DNA of 64,000 bases from Clostridia bacterium (GTDB taxonomy: Bacteria; Bacillota; Clostridia; Christensenellales; DTU072). The stretch lies in NCBI GenBank assembly GCA_041670385.1, contig JBAXZI010000001.1, positions 2,092-66,091 on the forward strand. The letters are read 5' to 3'. The position numbers and the translations under genes are program-made. Under the pieces are notes generated by a model, which was not told the DNA's origin, ran no database searches, and saw only the letters and a program-made list of their open reading frames with translations. Below are positions 54,901 to 63,900 of this stretch, piece after piece. Numbering within the stretch: position 1 is the first letter of the stretch; each line of letters begins with the position of its first letter.

Positions 54901-57900
54901 TGTATCTATCTTCTTTATATTCTTCATAAGCATAACTATCTGCCATTGTTACTAGGTAATCAGGGACAACTGTAGACCAATTTTTTATCATTAGTTTAAA
55001 CTTGTCATAATATCTATTATAGATGGTCATATATGTATCAATTGAATGTAAATTACTATGGTCTCCCGAATTATCAGGATTTTTTAAGTCTTCTTCTAAA
55101 GCAATGGCAATATCATTTTGTGCTTTACTAAGTTTCTTATCATAATAAATAGAACTTAAGTTATTTATAAAGTCTTCTCCTAAATCACATCTTTGTATAA
55201 GATGGTCATAAACTCCTCTAAGTCCTACAAAATTACCAGCTACGATACATTCACCATAAGAGGCACTTGCCCCTACTATTTTTGCTTTTTCTGCGTCGCT
55301 TGCCACATTATTGTAATAAAATTCTACAGCTTGCATACCTATTTGTTCGTTTTCTTCTTCGGATAATGATAAATAATTAGTAATGTTTCCGTTATCATCA
55401 AAAACAAAACCATCATTTAATACGCTATTATAAATTTCTTCCGAATATCTATACAAATTATTATTTAGATAATTGTTTATTTCACTTTGTAATTGTACTT
55501 GTGCAGCATTAGCCTCAAATGTTTTTTCTTCAAATATCAAATCAAATGCCATTGCTTTTTCGTTATAATTATCTCTTACTTCATTAACTCTTTCGACATC
55601 TGATGTATCCATATTACTGATATAATTTGCATAACCGTCAGATTTTATTTCTAATAACGCATTGTCATAAATTTCTACTAGTAACTCTTTAGCATTAGAA
55701 ATATCACTCTTATGACATAGATACATATTATAAAAAACTTTAGCTTTCTTCAATGTTTCAAATTCTTCATCTGTAAGTGAACTTGCATAATCAGCTTTTT
55801 CTATATCTATATTATTATAATAATCATTTACCATTTGAACGGTTTCTACGCCATTAAATTCATCTATTCTATCAAGTACTTCATAATAAGCACTATCTAA
55901 TCCTACTTTCATATTAAATATATCAGTTACTACTGTTCTAATTTTTACACTAGCACCTGAATCATACATAAAGTAATAAATAGCATCAAGGTATTTATTT
56001 GCTGCTGTAGAACTGTTCTTTTTATCCACAAGAGTAGCCACTTGGTCAGGATAAACATTTTGTAATGTTTCCAATGTAAGTCCATAAAGAGTACCTGCTA
56101 CACCATTTATACCAACTAATCCACCATAAACATCTTGGAAAACTTGACTTTGTTCTTTAGGATACAAACCAGTATCTTCCATAAATATCTTTATTAACAA
56201 TGCATCAATTTGTTTGTCAGCAATAGCTATTTTTTCATCAAAATAAGAGGACGCTATATCTTGCAAATAAATTTTGAACTCCTCAGTAGCTAAAGTATAA
56301 TCATTACTATTTGATAGTAAAATAGAATCCATTTTATTAACTAACTCAGTTTTACCTTGTATTACATAAGCCCCTCTAATTTGTGGCCATTCTACCATAT
56401 ATTCAAATGTTTCATCGGCAGTAAAATGAATAATTGCCTGCTCTCTTAAATAATTTCTATAAGCTGTTATTACTGCATCTCTTTTGTTTACTTCACTAAT
56501 ATTTCCATCTGTATCATAATCATAAATCCATTGGCTTGCCTCGTAAGTAAATGGTATTCTATCACCACTGCTATCAGTAGGTACAAAACTATTCATAATT
56601 TGAGAAAATACAAAATTATAATATGTTTGCAAAGTATTGCTTATCTCGCTTATTTCAAAATCTTGCTTTATTTTTGCCAAACCTTCATTTATTAATGAAT
56701 CATACATTTCCTCTTTGTTTTCAATAAATTTTGCATCAACATTATCAATTAATGAATCAGAATTATATATATTAAAGTAGAAAGTATCCAATTCTTCTCT
56801 AAATTCATCACTGCTAACTAGCATATCAAATGTAACTTTCGGTGCACTTATTGTTGCTTTTGTTTCTTCTCCATAACTACCCAAACAAGCTAAATTTTCA
56901 TTTATAAATATTTTAAGTGCACTAGAACGAGCTACTGCTCCTTCTTTAGTACCTAATAATTCAGTCATTCTACTAGCTTCATTTACATTTACTCTATCAA
57001 ATACTTTATACCAAATTGCACTATTAATGAAATTTGATAAATTATTTTGTATTTCTACATAATAGGAATTGTTAACATTTATTTCTTCCAAAGTAAATAC
57101 ATTATTATCGCTACAATAATCATACATTTCTTTCTTAATTATTTGATATGCAGAAATATTATCAATATCGACATTTTCAGAAAATCCGTCATAATTACCA
57201 ATAAACTTGTTTCTTTCTATTAGCCAATTTTCATAAATTTCTTTATCTCCTTGTGAAAGTTCGTCATTTGCATAATCAGTTTTCATTTGATTATATAAAT
57301 ACGACTTAAACTCGGTATTATTAACATTTTGCTCATTATCAAATTCAGGATGTTCGTTTATTACTGTTCGCAACAAGGTGTTTTCAAAATAATTTGCATT
57401 TACTCTGTTTACCACATAATATTTGCTAAGTAAGCTATCAAAACTCTGTGCATTTACAAGCTTGCTTACCTTCGCTTGAATACTTGTCAAACTATTTTTT
57501 GTGTTGGTAGAATAATTGCTTTTTGGAATATAGTTATCACCTGATTTCATAAAGAATTTATCATAAGTCATTGATTTTATTAAATCTGAATAACTTAAAT
57601 CAACTTCTTTCTTGAACATAGAATATAAATACCCTATATTTGTATTTTGATAATATATATAACCAGTTATTTCTTTATCGGAAAAACCTTCATAGCTGAT
57701 TATAGAATCACTATTATATCTATCCCACGAAATTGTCTGTACTATTTCATCAGAATTTATATTAGAGTAAAAATCACTACTTGAATAACCTAAATTTTTA
57801 AGTGCTTGTGCATAATATTTGGAACTATCAACAAACATATTACTATCTAGGCTGCAGCCTATATCAGACAATAAGCCCGCTACAGGGTCAGAATATTTGT

Positions 57901-60900
57901 AGCTAGTAACATAATCAATTTGAAGTGATCTATTTAGTACTACTAAATTTACATCAAACGGTTGGATACCGACATCCACGCCTAAATCGTTTTTTCCCAT
58001 AGAAATATAACCGACAAGTTTGTATATTCCGCCAACACAGCTTTCTTTTGTGTTTTTAAAGTATGCATATTTACACCCTTCATTTAAGGTACTATCTTTT
58101 GTGTAAAAATAACTATGTTCATTTATATCTATCAACTCATTATTGCTATTATAAATATCCCATCTAACTACAGGCAAATTAACAATATCATCTTCATTGT
58201 GGAAATTAATCTCTACATTGGTAGGCAATAGTTGCGTACGACTATTATAAGGGTCTACATAATATAAACTTGTTAGTAGATGATCAACTAAATTACCACT
58301 ATTTAGTACTACATTATTCAATTGTACTTTATCAATAGCTCGGTTAAGAATCCTTACAAACAAATCGAATACTTGCCCAGAATAAAGTGTTAGCCTAATA
58401 TTAACGCCATCACTTGATAAATCTGTATAAGTTTCGATTAAGCTATGTCCTGCATAACTATATGGAATATGGGTAATATTGCCTAATAATACCGTAGTTT
58501 TGTCTTGATTCAATAAAGCATAGCTTTCGATATCACTTTCGCTTGCTATTACATATCTTTCATTATTTGCAAAATTAATAGCCATATTAACTTTTGGCAA
58601 TACAAAGTCACCCTCATATCCCATTTCGTCATTATATGGGTCAATTACGATAATATTTTCTATATCATTTCCATTTTTAATTGTCGGTAATTTGTTTCCA
58701 TCGACCGAATAATCTATGCCAATAAATGAAAGTGCTTCCATTTCTACATAAACTTTAACTTCTTGATATACGTGTATTTTATATTCATCATAATAGCTGT
58801 TGATTTTAGCCGTAGCAAGCAAACGATTTGCATCTCTACTAATTCCACTATTAAAATCTTCTTTTCTTATTGCGTTTTCAATAGGTTCCCAGCTTACTAC
58901 AAAGCTATTAATATCTGTCGCTTCAAACTTTCCTGTTTTGATTTCGGCTAATATATTGGTAGGCAATTTTGTATAATCAAAGCCCGTTTTATAAATATTA
59001 TTATTCCCATCTGTATATTGTGCAGTTGCAGAATAGAACATATACGCATTATCTACAGTAATAAATCCTTCGTTTATATTATAAACAAATTCATTAGCCT
59101 CTGCATTATAATTTATTTCTTGTATATTTTTTCTTGGTATGTTTACATTTAAATAATAATATTTATCATCTTCTATGCCACCTTTTAATGGTTGAAGAGG
59201 CAATTTCATATAAAACGCATAATTAACTGGATTATTAGACAATACATTTATAAGGTCTACATTAATATTGGTTGTTTTGTCCAAATTGTTAAACATTGGT
59301 TTATAATTATCGCCGATAAACCAACCTTCACTATCTATGTAATATCTTATCTTTCCTGATTTTTTATAGCTTATTTCTACATACTTAGGTAGTATATAGC
59401 CATTAATTCCACAACTTTCTCCATCTTCATCAAATATTTCCGCAGTTAAGTTCCTATTTATTGATATTCTTTCATCGACTTCAGCAGTGATTATTATTGG
59501 GATATTAAATACTGCACTACCTACATTTGATAATTTTAACATATTAAGAATTGTCAAACTTGTATTTTCTACACCTAAATTGTCATTTATTCCAAATATG
59601 TTCTTGTTGATATTTTCAAAAGTTAGATATATACCATTATCAATTTGAGGTATATATTCATTATGTACACCACTTGTATAAGTTATAGCAATACCATTAT
59701 TAAATATATATTGCAAATAGCTCATTGGGTCTGCATAAGATTCCATTATATTTCCACTAACACTGTCTACTTTCGGAGTGGTTAGAGCAAAAGCTCTATC
59801 TATATTAATATAGAAAGCATTATCGCTAAGTATTTGAGCTATACTTATTCTGCCATCGCTACCCTTTTGTGGCAATTCTATTGCATTTGAATTTTCACAA
59901 GTATAGGCAAGTGGAATAGTAATATATGATAAATCTAAAGAGCTAAAATTAAACTCTATACTTAAATTTTGCTCATTAATTGTACCCTTACAAATAATAC
60001 CCTCTAATATTAATGTAATACCTGGTTCGGGATTTTTTAATAAATTTATAAGTCTTACTAAACTATGTTCATATCCGTCTGTACCTTCAATAGATTTGTT
60101 CCACTCTACATATAGATTATATCTATCTATTATCATATTAGTACGGGCTTCATCAAAACCAACACCTATAGTATAGCCTTTAGTTGTGTCATCTAAAAAT
60201 ACTTTTAATCTATTATATAGTGTCAAACTGTCAGAATCCAAACAATTTATTTCAAAATAACCATTTACTAAATTACCTGTTTCAAACACATTTATCTTGT
60301 CTTCTACTATTGTTCTTGCAGGTACATTTACATTAATTATTAATGCTTGTTTTAGCACAGAATTTGTAGCCTGTAATATATATCTAATTACATAAGTGCC
60401 ACCATTCCTGTCAAAAATATAATTACCGTTTTTGTCATACATTGTAGTGTCATATGGCAAACTTGTACTTACATTTATAGGCAAATATGATTCTTCATTA
60501 CCCTTGCTTACTTCCCAGCTAATATTTTCTCTACTAACCAATTCACCACTTTCTAATACCGCCACAAAACTTCCCGGCAAGCTATAAGCCTTATACGGGT
60601 CAATGGTTATTTCTGTACTTCCCGCATTCATTCCTTCGTAAGTAATTGATTGTAATTGGCTATCTAAATTGTGTATTCTTACTCTTATGGTTTCATAGAA
60701 ATTGCCATCTCCAATTTTACCAAATACATAAAAATATGTCTCTTCGGTGTTTGGATGGGCTAAGTTATATTTGCCATTTTCATTTATCTTAATTATATTG
60801 GTTTCAATATCATTATTGTTTGTAGTTTGCCATACTATAGGATACTCAATAAATATCTTAGTAGCACTACTGTTATAATGTTTTACTTCCAAAAATATAC

Positions 60901-63900
60901 TACTAGGTAAATAACTTTGCGTTTCATAAGGATTTACATCAAATGCCTCATATTTATCGCCATTAATACTAAACTTTACTGGAGATAAAACATAACTTTG
61001 AGGAGTTGAATAAGTAACTGTACCATCGCCATTATCAGTTACATTGCCGACAGCTACAGCGGTAGAATTGTTATCCTCACTATTTAAAAGTATCTTTCTT
61101 TCTGGTACTTCAACAGTTAAATTAACTCTATTCCCACCTAAAGTACCAAAATTGATTATTGCCCAAGTATTATTGCCTTGACTTTTACCAAACAATGCAC
61201 GTGAACCTTCTTCTAAATTGACATTATTCATATAATTGTCTATAAGATTCCAATTTAATGTGGTAGCTATATATTCATTATAGAAAGTATTATCACTAAT
61301 TTCTATAGGTTTTGTTTGTTTTATTTTTCTTGAAGTGCCATCAGTAAAAGTAACCTTAACTACTATATCTGTAGTACATTGAGTAGGTATTACATAACTG
61401 CTTTTTATCAAACTATCAATAACATATCTACCGTTTTCTTCTGTACCTATATTAATATGGTCAATGTTTTTTGCTTTTACAATAACTTTAATCGCAATCT
61501 TTATACCATCACCAATAAATTTACCGCTAATATCATATTTTATGTCGCCATAATAAGCATAAGCATATTGTTGTGCTCCGCCAAAACTAATTTTACTCTC
61601 ATCAAATTGCCAATTTAAGTTAAGCTTACTCAAAATAAAATAATTATATCCTTCTACATTGTAAGTTAAAGGCGTATTATTTTCATCTAAAGCGTACAAG
61701 TTATCAAAATATATCTTCATTTCTTGCTCGCTAATTGCTTCGGTTATTGGGTTATAATTATTTATATTGGCTTTTTTCATAGCATAGGTATATGGGTCTA
61801 TTACTATCATACCCACGCAAGGTGTGCCTACAGTATCATAAATCTCGTCAATTGTTCCATCGCCATCATCATCAGCTTTATAAGTTATCAAAGTACGGTT
61901 TTGTACAGCAAAATATACCTGAAATTCTTTTTCTAAAATGCTGTTATTCCCAATTCTTAATGTATAAGTAATAACTTTTTCATTCGCAAATACTTCTCTA
62001 TTCAATCCCGCATAACTTATTGTATCATCTGTTAGCCCTTCAATAACACAAGGTAAATAACCTGTTTTCCCATTCATAAACAATACTTCTATTTCTGTCG
62101 GTACTTTTCTACTAAATGCCGGGTCAACAATAATTGTATCATTTATTAGGTTTTTCAACTCATAAGAACCTATTTCTGAGGTTATGCTAAGCAAATAATC
62201 TGAATTTACCCCGAAAATTGAGCATTGTGGATTGTATTGTTTTTTATCATCAGCAACTAAAATGCTAGATGCTATATAATTTGGTGTAAGTTCAATTTCA
62301 TTTGTACCAATATTAACGGTAATTGAATCTTTCCAATTACTGTTGCTTTCATAAAGGCTTTCTATTTGAACTGCATCTTTAAATTCGTCATCTAATTCTG
62401 GTATATTATAATTACCTACACTTATATCATTTAATAAAACTGCTGAGAATAAAAATCTTACTTTTGTAGTAGCAGATAAGCCACTTATCCCTATTAAATC
62501 ATAAAGTGGATCAGTATAAACGCCATTCTTTGGTGTGGACTGTAAAACAAAATTGTAAAACCCATCGGTATTAATTACTTGTACATTATTAGAATCTTCT
62601 TTTATGATTTTTTTCAACATATCAACAAGACCTTGCTCATTGTTAAAATCATTGCTTTGCCCTACTATTTTATTAAGTGCAATACTTACTATACTTCTAT
62701 CTATTTGATATTTATATCCACCTGCAATAGTCGTTTTGTTTTTTCCTAACGGCATCATATATTCAACAATCATTTTTGCATTATTAACAGGATTTGTATA
62801 AATATTTAATATTGGCGATTGAACATTGCTAATTATAGAAGAAAATTCCATTCTTAGTTTATATTCGCTATTCATATCTCCATTGGACACAGAAAGGAAG
62901 CTTTCGCTAATTTCTCCTTCTATATGAATACGGTCGTTCCTCCCTAATAAATAAGGCGTGTTTTTCCCGCTTTCGTCCCCAATAAATGTTCCAAAGAAAG
63001 CACTAAAATCTGTTGTTACTTTTCCACTCCCTACTGCTATATCAGCAATGAATTCTGTCTTTGCATCTAATGGCATTTTGAACTCTTTGTAAATATAACT
63101 GTCTTGTCTAATTTCATCAGGGAATTTTATATCTTTAAAAGGCATTCTTAAGACTTCCATATCAGCCTCTAATTCTTCATTATGATAATATTTTAGACCA
63201 ATTTCGTTAGTTTCTGTATTATAACAAATTCTTAATGTGCTATTCTCAAAAAAGTCTTCGCCAAGCATAGAGTCGATTAATTTAACATTTATATTTAATG
63301 TCCTCGCTAAAATATCAGCTACACCTTCATCATTTTGACGCAACTTCGTAATAAGGTCTTCTGTAATATCATAATAAACGACATCACCTTCATACCCAAA
63401 ATTGTTCATAACAATATCATACAAATTTTCATTATCGGAACTAGGCAAATCCCCAACATTATTTAAGATTTCCATAATCATTCTTGTACCACTATTATAG
63501 ATAGTGTTAATAAGATTGGTTATTGAAATTCCTTCAAAATAAACTTTAGGTAAGTTAAAAGCACTAATATCGATTGCTCCTTGCCCACTTCCTCCACTTT
63601 TAATATAATTATCCTCCATCCCGCTAATATCAAGATAAGCTATCTGGTCACGATAGTATGCACTTAATAAATTGTTATCAAGAGCATCTGACATATTAAT
63701 CATTATTTCATTATTTTCATTATTATTCGTATCGAATAAAGTAGAAATATTTATATCAAAAGGTTCCTCACTTAATTTCGGAATTACTATTGTTCCTTTA
63801 TAAAGGTTTTTGCCTAAATTTATTGTGGTGTATTCTACTTCTTTTATGTTTTCGCCTTGCAATACATCAATGGCTTCGTCTATCTTATAAGAGATATCAG

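Noticed and set aside
63860-63862. TTG at 63862 given by the ORF track as the start of the giant protein
   Set aside because: The frame stays open upstream to the window edge. I translated 46 further codons by hand with no stop, and no SD precedes the TTG, so the ORF is edge-truncated.
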